Assembly (NCBI GenBank): GCA_963726575.1 | Contig: CAVSCR010000005.1 | Coordinates: forward strand, 188,434-252,433 | Source of the DNA: an uncultured Actinomycetota bacterium | GTDB taxonomy: Bacteria > Actinomycetota > Actinomycetes > JAHEKZ01 | Length of the DNA: 64,000 nt | Direction: 5' to 3' | Shown: one piece after another, positions 48,660 through 57,756 of the stretch | Numbering within the stretch: the first letter of the stretch is position 1 | How the letters are laid out: each line of letters starts with the position of its first letter | Position numbers and translations under genes: made by a program | Notes under the pieces: model-generated | The model's input: only the letters and a program-made list of their open reading frames with translations | Told to the model about the DNA's origin: nothing | The model's database searches: none

Positions 48660-49076
48660 TCACGAATCGAGAACTTCGGGGAGCGGGCGCATGAGACAGG
48701 TGATGCGTGCGGTGCAGATGAGGTGGCCCTCCTCGTCACTGAGGCGCACCTGCCACGTGCTCAGGGTCCGACCGTGACGGATCGGCGTGGCCACTCCCGT
48801 GACCACACCCTTCGTGACCGACCGGTGGTGGGAGGCGTTGATCTCGATCCCGACCGGTGCGGCCCGCCCCTGCGCCGCGACCGCAGCCCCGAAGGAGCCG
48901 AGACTCTCGGCCAGCACCAGGCTGGCGCCGCCATGGAGGAGGCCGAAGGGCTGGGTGTTGCCCGCCACCGGCATCGTCCCGACCACCTCGGTGGGGCTCG
49001 CCGCAGTGATGATGATGCCGAGCCGCTCGTGGATCGCGGCCGGAGGGAACAGGGCGAGGGCGTCGGGTTCCGTCAC
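48660..49076 (-). CDS. PaaI-family hotdog-fold thioesterase
   Basis: MPVAGNTQPFGLLHGGASLVLAESLGS, VGIEINASHHRS, W.V...DEEG.LICTARIT. Confidence 0.92.
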   Translation of the reverse strand: MTEPDALALFPPAAIHERLGIIITAASPTEVVGTMPVAGNTQPFGLLHGGASLVLAESLGSFGAAVAAQGRAAPVGIEINASHHRSVTKGVVTGVATPIRHGRTLSTWQVRLSDEEGHLICTARITCLMRPLPEVLDS

Positions 49077-49098
49077 CGGGCCAGCCTAGGATCGCGGC
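49077..49098. promoter_or_regulatory. 22-bp divergent spacer with overlapping -10 elements for polA (TAGGAT, +) and the thioesterase (TAGGCT, -)
   Basis: TAGGAT 49087-49092 is 6 nt before GTG 49099; TAGGCT 49088-49083 (minus strand) is 6 nt before GTG 49076; no SD on either side. Confidence 0.6.
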
Positions 49099-51774
49099 GT
49101 GCCCGACCGCCCGCGACTCCTCCTGCTCGACGGTCACTCGCTGGCCTACCGCGCGTTCTATGCGCTGCCGGTCGAGAACTTCTCGACGTCGACCGGTCAA
49201 CCGACCAACGCCGTCTACGGCTTCACCTCGATGCTGATCAACGCGTTGCGCGACGAGACGCCCACGCACGTGGCAGTGGCCTTCGACGTCTCGCGCAACA
49301 CGTTCCGCTCCGAACAGTTCCCGGAGTACAAGGCCAACCGGGCGCAGAGCCCCGACGCCTTCAAGGGTCAGGTCAGCCTGATCCAGGACGTGCTGCAGGC
49401 CCTGCACCTACCGGCCCTGCAGGTGCAGGGCTTCGAGGCCGACGACATCATCGCCACGTTGACCGGCCAGGCCCACCAGCGTGGCATCGAGGTGGCCATC
49501 ATCACCGGCGACCGGGACGCCTTCCAGCTCGTCGCCGACGATGTCACCGTGCTGTACCCCAAGCGGGGTGTCTCCGAGCTCGACCGGATGACCCCGGAGG
49601 CGGTTGAGCAGCGCTACGGCCTGACCCCTGTCCAGTACCCCGACTACGCAGCGCTACGCGGGGACCCGAGCGACAACCTGCCCGGAATCCCAGGGGTCGG
49701 GGAGAAGACGGCAGCCAAGTGGGTGCGCGAGTTCGGCTCCCTCGCCCAGCTGCTCGCCCGGGCCGACGAGGTCAAGGGGAAAGCAGGTGAGGCGCTGCGG
49801 GACCACCTCGAACAGGTCCAGCGGAACCGGACGCTCACCCAGCTCGTTGCCGACGTCCCGCTCCCGGTCGACGTCGATGCGCTCGTTCGTCAGTCGTGGG
49901 ACCGCGACGCGGTGGCCGAGGTGTTCGACGCGTTGCAGTTCCGGGTGCTGCGCGACCGGCTGTACCAGACGCTGGAGACCCCCGAGCCGGAGGCCGAGTC
50001 CGGGTTCGACGTCGAGGTGACCCGGCTCGACTCCGCATCCCTGGCTGCGTGGCTGTCCGCCCACGCCGGCGGCTCTCTGCCCACCGGCCTCGCGGTCGCC
50101 GGCACCTGGGCGAGGGGCGGTGGGGAGTGCTCCGGGATCGCGTGGGCCGCGGCCGACGGCGCCACCGCGTGGGTCGACCCGCAGGCCCTGGACTCGGTGG
50201 CCGAGCCGGTGCTGCAGGAGTGGCTCGCTGCTGCTGACCGCCCCAAGGTCATGCACCATGCCAAGGGCCCGATGCTGGCGCTGCGGGCGCAGGGCTGGCC
50301 GCTCAGGGGTGTCCGGTTCGACACCGAGCTGGCTACCTACCTGATCCGCCCCGACCAACGTTCTTACGAGCTGGCCGACCTCGTGCTGCGCAACCTGCAC
50401 CGCGAGCTGCGCAGTGAGTCGGCCGACAACGGTCAGCTGACCCTCGACGCAGACCCGGAGGAGACGGCGGCCCTGGAACTGGGGCTGCAGGCGCGGGCTG
50501 TCCTCGACCTGGCCGATGCGGTCGACCGCGAGCTGGAGCGTGGCGGCGCCGACGCGCTGCTGCGCGACGTCGAGATCCCGCTCGAGTACGTCCTCGTCGA
50601 CATGGAGGTGGCGGGCATCGGCACGGATGTCGCCTACCTCGACGAGCTGCGCAGCCATTTCGCGGACGAGGTCAAGGCCGCCGCCCAGGCCGCCTACGCC
50701 GAGATCGGGCGGGAGGTGAACCTCGGCTCGCCCAAGCAGCTGCAAGTGGTGTTGTTCGAGGAGCTGAACCTTCCGAAGACCAAGCGGATCAAGACGGGTT
50801 ACACGACCGATGCCGACGCGCTACAGGGTCTGTACGTTCAGACCGAGCATCCGTTCCTGCAGCACCTGTTGCGCCACCGAGACGCGGCCAAGCTGCTCGT
50901 GACGGTCGAGGGACTGCAGCGTTGTGTCAACGATGACGAGCGCATCCACACCACCTACAACCAGACCGTGGCAGCGACCGGGCGCTTGTCGTCGGCGGAC
51001 CCGAACCTGCAGAACATCCCGATCCGTACCGACGAGGGCCGACGCATCCGGCGCGCGTTCGCGGTCGGCGCCGGCTACGAGTCGCTGCTGACCGCGGACT
51101 ACAGCCAGGTCGAGATGCGGATCATGGCGCACCTCTCCGAGGACGAAGCACTGCGAGACGCCTTCGACTCCGGGGAGGACCTGCACACCACCGTGGCATC
51201 GCGCGTCTTCGGGGTACCGCCGGCTGAGGTGACGCCAGCGATGCGGGCCCGCATCAAGGCCATGTCGTACGGCTTGGCGTACGGCCTTTCGGCCTACGGG
51301 TTGTCCCAACAGCTCGGGATCGGGCCGGAGGAGGCCAAGGGCCTCATGGACGAGTACTTCGAACGGTTCGGCGGAGTGCGCGACTATCTCAACGACATCG
51401 TGGCGCAGGCCAGGACCACCGGTTACACGCAGACCATCATGGGACGGCGTCGGTACCTGCCGGACCTGACCAGCGACAACCGTCAGCGGCGCGAGATGGC
51501 TGAACGCATGGCGCTGAACGCACCGATCCAGGGCTCTGCCGCGGACATCATCAAGGTGGCCATGCTCAACGTGGCCCAGGCGATGCACGACCACCGCCTC
51601 GAGTCGCGGCTGTTGCTGCAGGTGCACGACGAGCTGGTCTTCGAGGTGGCACCTGGTGAGCGCGACGCCCTCGAGTCGCTTGTGCGCGAGCAGATGGCGG
51701 GTGCGTACGCGCTACGTCCGTCGCTTGAGGTGAGCGTGGGCGTCGGACGCACCTGGGACGACGCCGCCCACTGA
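49099..51774 (+). CDS. polA: DNA polymerase I
   Basis: LLLDGHSLAYRAFYALP, FEADDIIAT, LRGDPSDNLPGIPGVGEKTA, TGRLSSADPNLQNIP, ADYSQVEMRIMAH, KAMSYGLAYG, NAPIQGSAADIIK, QVHDEL. Confidence 0.99.
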   Translation: MPDRPRLLLLDGHSLAYRAFYALPVENFSTSTGQPTNAVYGFTSMLINALRDETPTHVAVAFDVSRNTFRSEQFPEYKANRAQSPDAFKGQVSLIQDVLQALHLPALQVQGFEADDIIATLTGQAHQRGIEVAIITGDRDAFQLVADDVTVLYPKRGVSELDRMTPEAVEQRYGLTPVQYPDYAALRGDPSDNLPGIPGVGEKTAAKWVREFGSLAQLLARADEVKGKAGEALRDHLEQVQRNRTLTQLVADVPLPVDVDALVRQSWDRDAVAEVFDALQFRVLRDRLYQTLETPEPEAESGFDVEVTRLDSASLAAWLSAHAGGSLPTGLAVAGTWARGGGECSGIAWAAADGATAWVDPQALDSVAEPVLQEWLAAADRPKVMHHAKGPMLALRAQGWPLRGVRFDTELATYLIRPDQRSYELADLVLRNLHRELRSESADNGQLTLDADPEETAALELGLQARAVLDLADAVDRELERGGADALLRDVEIPLEYVLVDMEVAGIGTDVAYLDELRSHFADEVKAAAQAAYAEIGREVNLGSPKQLQVVLFEELNLPKTKRIKTGYTTDADALQGLYVQTEHPFLQHLLRHRDAAKLLVTVEGLQRCVNDDERIHTTYNQTVAATGRLSSADPNLQNIPIRTDEGRRIRRAFAVGAGYESLLTADYSQVEMRIMAHLSEDEALRDAFDSGEDLHTTVASRVFGVPPAEVTPAMRARIKAMSYGLAYGLSAYGLSQQLGIGPEEAKGLMDEYFERFGGVRDYLNDIVAQARTTGYTQTIMGRRRYLPDLTSDNRQRREMAERMALNAPIQGSAADIIKVAMLNVAQAMHDHRLESRLLLQVHDELVFEVAPGERDALESLVREQMAGAYALRPSLEVSVGVGRTWDDAAH

Positions 51775-53079
51775 GCCGCCGGCGGTCGGCTCTGGCGCGC
51801 CGGACCCGCTCAGGCGGGCCAGGTCGAGTACCAGCAGCAAGACCGCAGTCAGCGTCGCCACGACCGCAGCTACGACTGCGATGGCGGACACGGTGGGCTG
51901 GCGCAGCAGGACCAGCGCCGATGCCTCGACAAACACCCCGACGGCCACGACAGCACCAGTCGCGCTCCGCCCTCGGGCCACGCTGCCCATGAGTAGGTAT
52001 TGGGTCGCGGCCAGTGCGGTACCGAGCGCGGTGAAGAGTGGTAGCACCGCAGTGACCGGCGCGTACGACGCTCCGACGCTGGTCGCGATCACCACAGTCG
52101 GGACGACCGCAGACAAGGCGATGCCGATGGCGCCGAGCACGACGACGACACCGAGGCCGGCCAGCAACGTTGTGCGCCTACTGCGCGGCGCCCGGCGCGA
52201 GGAGAGGTCGGCATACGCCGCCACTGCGGCAAACTGAAGCAGCCAGAACACTGCTCGTGCTGCTAGTGACCCGAGGGCGTACCGGTCCGACGCCAAAGGT
52301 GGCAGGCGGTGACGGGCCATGAGCAGGTCGACGTTGGCCAGGGCGAGTACCGTCAACAACGCCAGCGCGGTCCGACCGACCTCCAGCCACAGCCGCCGCT
52401 CGGGCAACGAAGGATCGGCTGCGGCCGCCGGTGCTGCCACCACCCGCCATGCGAGCAGCGCCGTGGCCAATGCGCCAAGCGCTACGCCGGCCATCGCCAC
52501 GGTCGTCGTGGGATGGAGGACAAGTCCGGCCGCGACGAACAGCAGCCGCAGCGCGGCGTAGGCGAAGTACAAGCTCGCGAACACCAGCGTCCGACGCTGG
52601 CCCTGGACGCAGCCCAGACCTACGCCGACGAGCGGCAGCGGCGCCAGCCCGGCGGCGAGCAGCAGGACCGCCAGGATCGGCACATGCAAGAACGCTGCGA
52701 TGGCCGGCGCCGCGACCACCGTGACCGCCATGAGTCCGGCGCCGCACCACCAGGCCGGAACCACCAATGCCCGAGCCGAGTGGCGGCGCCCGTCGTCGTC
52801 ACTCCACGACATGCGGCGCGCTACCACGGCTTGGACCGCGAGGAGCGACACCGAGCCGACGACGGTGCAGGCGAGCAGCGCGCCGAAGCCACCGAACTCG
52901 CCGGCCGGCAGGGTCCTGGCCGCCAGCACCTGCAGCACGTACTGAAGCAGCGTCGCCACGGCCATGGACGGCGCGAGCAGCAACGACGCACGCGCGAAGG
53001 AGTGACGGCCGGACGCGGTCGAGGTCCGCACGTGCTGTGGGGCATCCTGTCGTCCGTGGCCCACGCTCTCGGACGACAT
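51712..53079 (-). CDS. Polysaccharide biosynthesis / flippase-like (Wzx/MATE-like) membrane protein
   Basis: About 12 TM segments; YVLQVLAARTLPAGEFGGFGAL, ANVDLLMARH, YALGSLAARAVFWL. ATG 53079 with TACCGT -10 six nt upstream. The stop lies inside polA (63-nt convergent overlap). Confidence 0.75.
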   Translation of the reverse strand: MSSESVGHGRQDAPQHVRTSTASGRHSFARASLLLAPSMAVATLLQYVLQVLAARTLPAGEFGGFGALLACTVVGSVSLLAVQAVVARRMSWSDDDGRRHSARALVVPAWWCGAGLMAVTVVAAPAIAAFLHVPILAVLLLAAGLAPLPLVGVGLGCVQGQRRTLVFASLYFAYAALRLLFVAAGLVLHPTTTVAMAGVALGALATALLAWRVVAAPAAAADPSLPERRLWLEVGRTALALLTVLALANVDLLMARHRLPPLASDRYALGSLAARAVFWLLQFAAVAAYADLSSRRAPRSRRTTLLAGLGVVVVLGAIGIALSAVVPTVVIATSVGASYAPVTAVLPLFTALGTALAATQYLLMGSVARGRSATGAVVAVGVFVEASALVLLRQPTVSAIAVVAAVVATLTAVLLLVLDLARLSGSGAPEPTAGGSVGGVVPGASDAHAHLKRRT

Positions 53080-53123
53080 GGCGTCACGGTAACCCGGGGT
53101 TGTGCGACTCGTCCGGCGCCTCG

Positions 53124-54938
53124 GTGACCGGCGCCGTCCCAACCACCCGGTTGGCCCGACGACGGGGGCCGCGGTGGCTGTCCGACGCCGTCGTCGCGGT
53201 GACCGTGACCCTGCTCCTGCTCGGTCCTGCCCTCGGCTCGGGTTACGTCCTGAGCTACGACATGGTGTTCGTCCCACGAATGCCGTTCACGGACCGGCTG
53301 CTGGGGATCGACGGATCTGTGCCGCGCGCGGTACCCAGCGACGCCGTCGTCGCGGCGTTGTCGCGCGTCGTCCCTGCCATGGTGCTGCAGAAGGGGATCC
53401 TGGTCGGCCTGTTGGTCGCGGCCGGGATGGGGGCCGCGTTCATGGTGCGGCGTCATGGGCGTGCAGCCAGCGCGGTCGCTGTCGTGTTCGCGTTGTGGAA
53501 CCCCTACGTCGCTTCGCGGCTGTGGCTGGGTCAGTGGGCGATCCTCGTCGCGTATTCCGTGCTGCCCTGGCTGGTGCTCTGTGCCGCGCGGCTGCGGCGT
53601 GGTGAGCGTCGGCTGGCCGCGGCGACGGTCGTGCTGCTGGCCCTCGCCGCGGTGACTGCGTCAGGTGGCCTCATCGCCACCGCGACCGCCCTCTGCGTCG
53701 TCGCCTGCTCGCCAGCCGCGTGGCCGCACCGCTGGCGGGTGCTTGGTCTGGTCACGCTCGCTGGCGTCGTCGTGAACCTCCCCTGGCTGCTGCCGTCCCT
53801 GTTGCGCCCTGGCGGGTGGCCGTCGGACGTGCTCGCCCTCGAGACCTTCGCGGCTCGCGCGGACACTGCGATGGGCACGGTGGGCAGCGTCTTGACCCTT
53901 GGCGGCACCTGGAACGCGCAGACCATGCCGGCTGGGAGGGATTCGTGGTGGACCGCACCGGCGCTGCTCCTGATGTTCGTCGTCACGGTGCTCGGCGTCG
54001 TGGCGCTCCTTCGGGCGCGGCCGCGTCCGGGCTGGGCGCTGGGGGTGGTGGTGGCGGCTGCTGGTTCGACGGTGGTCGCGCTCGCGGCGTCCCTCCCGTT
54101 TCTCCGGGAGGGGCTGCGGCACCTTGTCGTCGCGGTCCCTGGTCTGGCCTTGCTGCGCGACGGTACGAGGTACCTCCCGCCGTTGGTGCTGCTCAGTGCG
54201 GTCGGGCTGGCCATCGGCGCGCGCTGGGTGGCAGCGCGTGCCCGTCCACCCGAGCTGGCGCCGCTGGTCATGGTCTTCGCGCTGCTGGCGCCGGTGGCAG
54301 CTCTCGTCGGCGCCGCCTGGGGTGACTTCGGCGCGCTGGGTGCGGCCACCTACCCCGCTGGCTGGGACGAGGCGCGTGCCGCAATCGGCGCGGACCGGGG
54401 CCACGGCGCGGTGGTCTCACTGCCGTGGGACAGCTACCGGCGGTATGGCTGGAACGCCGACCGAACCGTCTACGACCCGGCGAACCGCTGGCTGCCTGCT
54501 CCGGTGATCACCGACGACCGCCTCCGGGTGGACGGCGTCGTTCTCACCGGGGAAGATCCGCGGGCGGCTGCCGTGACGGCGCTGCTGCGTCACGCCGCCG
54601 ACGAGCCGTTGACCGATGCGCTCGCTGCCGAAGGCGTCGGATGGGTGCTCGTGACCTCCGAAACCGGGGTCGAGCCGCCACCTGCGGTCTGGTTCGGGGG
54701 GATGACCAAGGTGGTCGACACCGACGACGTCCAGCTGTGGCGGGTTCCTGATCCCGCCTCGGTCGTCACCACCATCCCGGGAGCCACGGCCGTGGTCGTG
54801 ATCGACGTCGCCGTGTTGTTCCTGGTCGTCGGCTGTTTGCTGGTCGCGTGTCGACCCAATCGCCGTGATCGGGGCACCGGTGCCGTTAACATGACCACGC
54901 AACGGCCATCCCGGTCGGCCAAGGAGTCGCCGTCATGA
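53124..54938 (+). CDS. Polytopic membrane protein resembling Rv0226c-type GT-C-like proteins
   Basis: GYVLSYDMVFVP, PRAVPSD.VVA.LS, WNPYVASRL.LGQW, LGGTWNAQTMP, LRDGTRY, YP.GW, YRRYGW, DPANRWLP; start position approximate. Confidence 0.65.
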   Translation: MTGAVPTTRLARRRGPRWLSDAVVAVTVTLLLLGPALGSGYVLSYDMVFVPRMPFTDRLLGIDGSVPRAVPSDAVVAALSRVVPAMVLQKGILVGLLVAAGMGAAFMVRRHGRAASAVAVVFALWNPYVASRLWLGQWAILVAYSVLPWLVLCAARLRRGERRLAAATVVLLALAAVTASGGLIATATALCVVACSPAAWPHRWRVLGLVTLAGVVVNLPWLLPSLLRPGGWPSDVLALETFAARADTAMGTVGSVLTLGGTWNAQTMPAGRDSWWTAPALLLMFVVTVLGVVALLRARPRPGWALGVVVAAAGSTVVALAASLPFLREGLRHLVVAVPGLALLRDGTRYLPPLVLLSAVGLAIGARWVAARARPPELAPLVMVFALLAPVAALVGAAWGDFGALGAATYPAGWDEARAAIGADRGHGAVVSLPWDSYRRYGWNADRTVYDPANRWLPAPVITDDRLRVDGVVLTGEDPRAAAVTALLRHAADEPLTDALAAEGVGWVLVTSETGVEPPPAVWFGGMTKVVDTDDVQLWRVPDPASVVTTIPGATAVVVIDVAVLFLVVGCLLVACRPNRRDRGTGAVNMTTQRPSRSAKESPS

Positions 54939-55081
54939 GCGTCATCGTCGGTTGGATCGCTGCGGTGCTCGTCGGGCTGTTCCTGGCCGGCGCAGCCGGT
55001 GTCGGCGTCGTGAGCGCAGCCAACCGGAACCCGGCAGTCGGTCCGGTGTTCGACCCGGTCACCTACGGCACCAAGCAGTGA
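54935..55081 (+). CDS. Small membrane protein, DUF2613/Rv0236A-like (48 aa; absent from the ORF track)
   Basis: ATG after AAGGAG, overlapping the upstream stop; MSVIVGWIAAVLVGLFLAGAAGVGVVSAANRNPAVGPVFDPVTYGTKQ; the C-terminal V.YG motif resembles Rv0236A; GTGA overlap with the next gene. Confidence 0.65.
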   Translation: MSVIVGWIAAVLVGLFLAGAAGVGVVSAANRNPAVGPVFDPVTYGTKQ

Positions 55082-55827
55082 CGCCGCGGCGTCCCGCCGC
55101 GCACGACAGCCAGGCCACGCTTCGTCGCTCGATCCGCCTGTTCTCCGCCTTCCGCGCGGAGCCCCGCGACCCCGACGACTACTACCGGCTCCTCGCCGCC
55201 GACTCCGTCGCCCAGCTGCGGCGCTACACCGGGCTCGACGGTGCGAGCGTGCTGGACGTCGGCGGTGGTCCTGGCTACTTCCGTACCGAGTTCGAGCGCC
55301 AGGGCGCAAGCTATCGCTGGGTCGAGCCGGGCCTCGGGGAGTTCTCCGACGTGCGTCGCCCAGGCCCGGGCATGGTCATCGCCAGCGGTGAGGCGTTGCC
55401 GTTCCGGAGCGGTTCGATGGATGTCTGCTACTCGTCCAACGTCCTTGAGCACGTGCGCCGGCCGTGGGTCATGGCCGACGAAATGCTGCGCGTGACTCGG
55501 CCCGGGGGCATCGCGTTCTGCTCGTTCACGTTGTGGTGGTCGCCCTGGGGCGGGCACGAGACCTCGCCTTGGCATGTGCTCGGCGGCGAGCGCGCTGCAC
55601 GGCGCTACCAGCGTGCGCACGGGCGGCCGCCGAAGAACCGCTATGGGGACAGCCTGTTCGCCGTCCGCGCTGGCGACGCCGTCCGCTGGGCTGGATCGTC
55701 GTCACAGGCCGACCTACTCGACGTTTTCCCCAGGTACCTGCCGTGGTGGGTCCACTGGACCGCACGAGTGCCGGGACTGCGTGAGGTTGCCTGCTGGAAC
55801 CTGGCCCTGGTGCTGCGCCGCCGGTGA
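55078..55827 (+). CDS. Class I SAM-dependent methyltransferase (Rv0224c/MtrP-like)
   Basis: ATLRRSIRLFSAF, VLDVGGGPGYF, SSNVLEHV..PW.MADEMLRVTRPGG, PWGGHETSPWH.LGG, PRYLPWW, REVACWNLALVLRR. Confidence 0.88.
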   Translation: MTPRRPAAHDSQATLRRSIRLFSAFRAEPRDPDDYYRLLAADSVAQLRRYTGLDGASVLDVGGGPGYFRTEFERQGASYRWVEPGLGEFSDVRRPGPGMVIASGEALPFRSGSMDVCYSSNVLEHVRRPWVMADEMLRVTRPGGIAFCSFTLWWSPWGGHETSPWHVLGGERAARRYQRAHGRPPKNRYGDSLFAVRAGDAVRWAGSSSQADLLDVFPRYLPWWVHWTARVPGLREVACWNLALVLRRR

Positions 55828-55972
55828 CCAGGGCGCCCACCGATGTGGGAACGGGTGCGTCACGATCCGAGCGTCGCGTTCCACGCGAACAGCACAGGCG
55901 CTATGTTTCCGGCCAGTAACTAGCCGGGCGACCAACCGGCGCGGTCCTGTCACTCGACGGACGGATGGTGTG

Positions 55973-56956
55973 ATGCGTCGGATCTTCGGCTTCGTCCTGG
56001 TGGCAATCGGCGTCTTCGGCATCGCTCTTGCCCCCCTCTTCCACTTCGTGGTGCTGCCGAAGGTGGAGCAGTTCCCGCTCGACGAGAACTTCACCGACTA
56101 CGCCTCGGGGCAGGGCAGCTATCTCGACTTCACCGACCTGACGATGAAGAACGACGCCTTGATGACCGTGTGCCGTACTGCCCTCGGCGACGTGTCGGCC
56201 GGCGAGAAGGCGAACGCGGCGGTGTGGGACGTCGTCACGTACCTGCACACCCCCGGCCAGAAGGAGTGCGGGAGCACCGACGCGGCGTGGAACGTCACCG
56301 TCGAGCGCTGGGCGTTCGACCGGCACACGGTCCAGGCCGTCGACGTGAGCGGGAAGCCGGACTTCGGCGACGCCAATGCCTACCTGGTGTTTCCGTTCAA
56401 CGTGGATAGCGGCACCACGTACAACTACTGGGACGCATCGGCCAAGGGAGCCTTCCCGGCCAAGTACGACGGCACCCAGGTGGCGGACGGTCTGACCGTC
56501 GACAAGTTCGTGTCGGTCGTACCGCCGACGCTCGTGCTCGAGGGTCAGCCTCTGGCCTCGGTCTTCGGGAACAAGAACAGCAAGGCGAAGTACGACGTGT
56601 ACTACTCCAACCCGGAGTCGGTGGCCCTCGTCGACCCGTTGACCGGCATCGTCGTGGGTGGTTCCAGCCACCTGATCCTGACCGCCCGCGAGCAAGGGTC
56701 CACCACCGACGCCGGGAACATCCTCGACGTGCAGTTGAACGAGCGCGAGGACTCGGTGAAGGCGCTCACCGACCTGGCCGTCGAGAACGGCAACAAGCTC
56801 AACCTGATCGGCACGACCATCCCGATCGTGTCGCTGATCGCGGGCGTGATCTTGTTGGTGCTCGGCATCTGGCTGGTGGTCAGCAGCGAGCGGTCGCGGC
56901 GGTCCGGCGGCGGTCCAGACGCGCCGTCGGCAACGACCGTCGCCGCTGCCCCGTGA
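55973..56956 (+). CDS. DUF3068 / PorA-family bitopic protein (Rv0227c-like)
   Basis: N- and C-terminal TM helices; FDRHT, YLVFPF, YNYWD...K..FPA.Y.G, VDPLTGIV; ATG at 55973. Confidence 0.75.
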   Translation: MRRIFGFVLVAIGVFGIALAPLFHFVVLPKVEQFPLDENFTDYASGQGSYLDFTDLTMKNDALMTVCRTALGDVSAGEKANAAVWDVVTYLHTPGQKECGSTDAAWNVTVERWAFDRHTVQAVDVSGKPDFGDANAYLVFPFNVDSGTTYNYWDASAKGAFPAKYDGTQVADGLTVDKFVSVVPPTLVLEGQPLASVFGNKNSKAKYDVYYSNPESVALVDPLTGIVVGGSSHLILTAREQGSTTDAGNILDVQLNEREDSVKALTDLAVENGNKLNLIGTTIPIVSLIAGVILLVLGIWLVVSSERSRRSGGGPDAPSATTVAAAP

Positions 56957-57756
56957 GCGACTTGCCCGCGGTGCGTCCGCGCGTCGATCTAGAAGTGGTC
57001 GTGCCGGCCGCCAACGAAGCCGGCCGGCTCGGTCCGACGCTGCTCCGGCTCACCGAGGCACTCTCCACTTTGCCGATCAGCACCGCGGTCGTGGTGGTGG
57101 ACAACGCCAGTACCGACGGCACAGCAGAGCTGGCGCGCCGCGTGACCCACGACTCGGTGCCCGTTCACGTGGTCTCGTGCCCGATCCGAGGCAAGGGTTA
57201 CGCCGTACGCAGCGGGGTGATCTCCGGTCGGTCTCGCTGGGTTGGCTTCATGGATGCCGATCTCGCCACTGACCTGTCTGCGCTGCCGGTCGCCCTGGGC
57301 CACCTCGCCGTGGGATGGCCGGTTGTCATCGGTTCCCGAGCGTTGTCGGACTCGGTCGTGACCGCCCGCCACCGAGCAGCGCGACGGCTCGGTGCCTACG
57401 CGTTCCGTCGTACGGTGGCGGCGGTCGTGGCAGGCGTCGGCGACACACAGTGCGGGTTCAAGTTCTTCGAAGGCGACCTCGCGCGGCGTGTCTTTGCTGA
57501 TCTCGTCGATGGCGGCTTCGCCTTCGACGTCGAGGTGCTCGCATCCTGTCAACACCGCGGCGCGACGATTGTCGAGATCCCGGTGCGGTGGGACGACCAA
57601 CCCGGTTCGACGTTCAGACCTGGCCACGACGGCTGGCGCAGCTTCGTCGAGGTGTGGCGCATCTCGCGCCGGGTTGCCGCCCGCGACTGGTCCACCACCT
57701 CGGATCCGATCGTGTTGTCGCAGCGCGGCGAAGCGGAGCTGGCGACCGGGGCGTGA
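56953..57756 (+). CDS. GT2 glycosyltransferase (polyprenyl-phosphate sugar synthase-like)
   Basis: VVVPAANEA.RL, VVDNASTDGT, GKGYAVRSG, FMDADLAT, DTQCGFKFF, FAFDVEVL, VEIPVRW.DQPGS. Confidence 0.9.
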   Translation: MSDLPAVRPRVDLEVVVPAANEAGRLGPTLLRLTEALSTLPISTAVVVVDNASTDGTAELARRVTHDSVPVHVVSCPIRGKGYAVRSGVISGRSRWVGFMDADLATDLSALPVALGHLAVGWPVVIGSRALSDSVVTARHRAARRLGAYAFRRTVAAVVAGVGDTQCGFKFFEGDLARRVFADLVDGGFAFDVEVLASCQHRGATIVEIPVRWDDQPGSTFRPGHDGWRSFVEVWRISRRVAARDWSTTSDPIVLSQRGEAELATGA

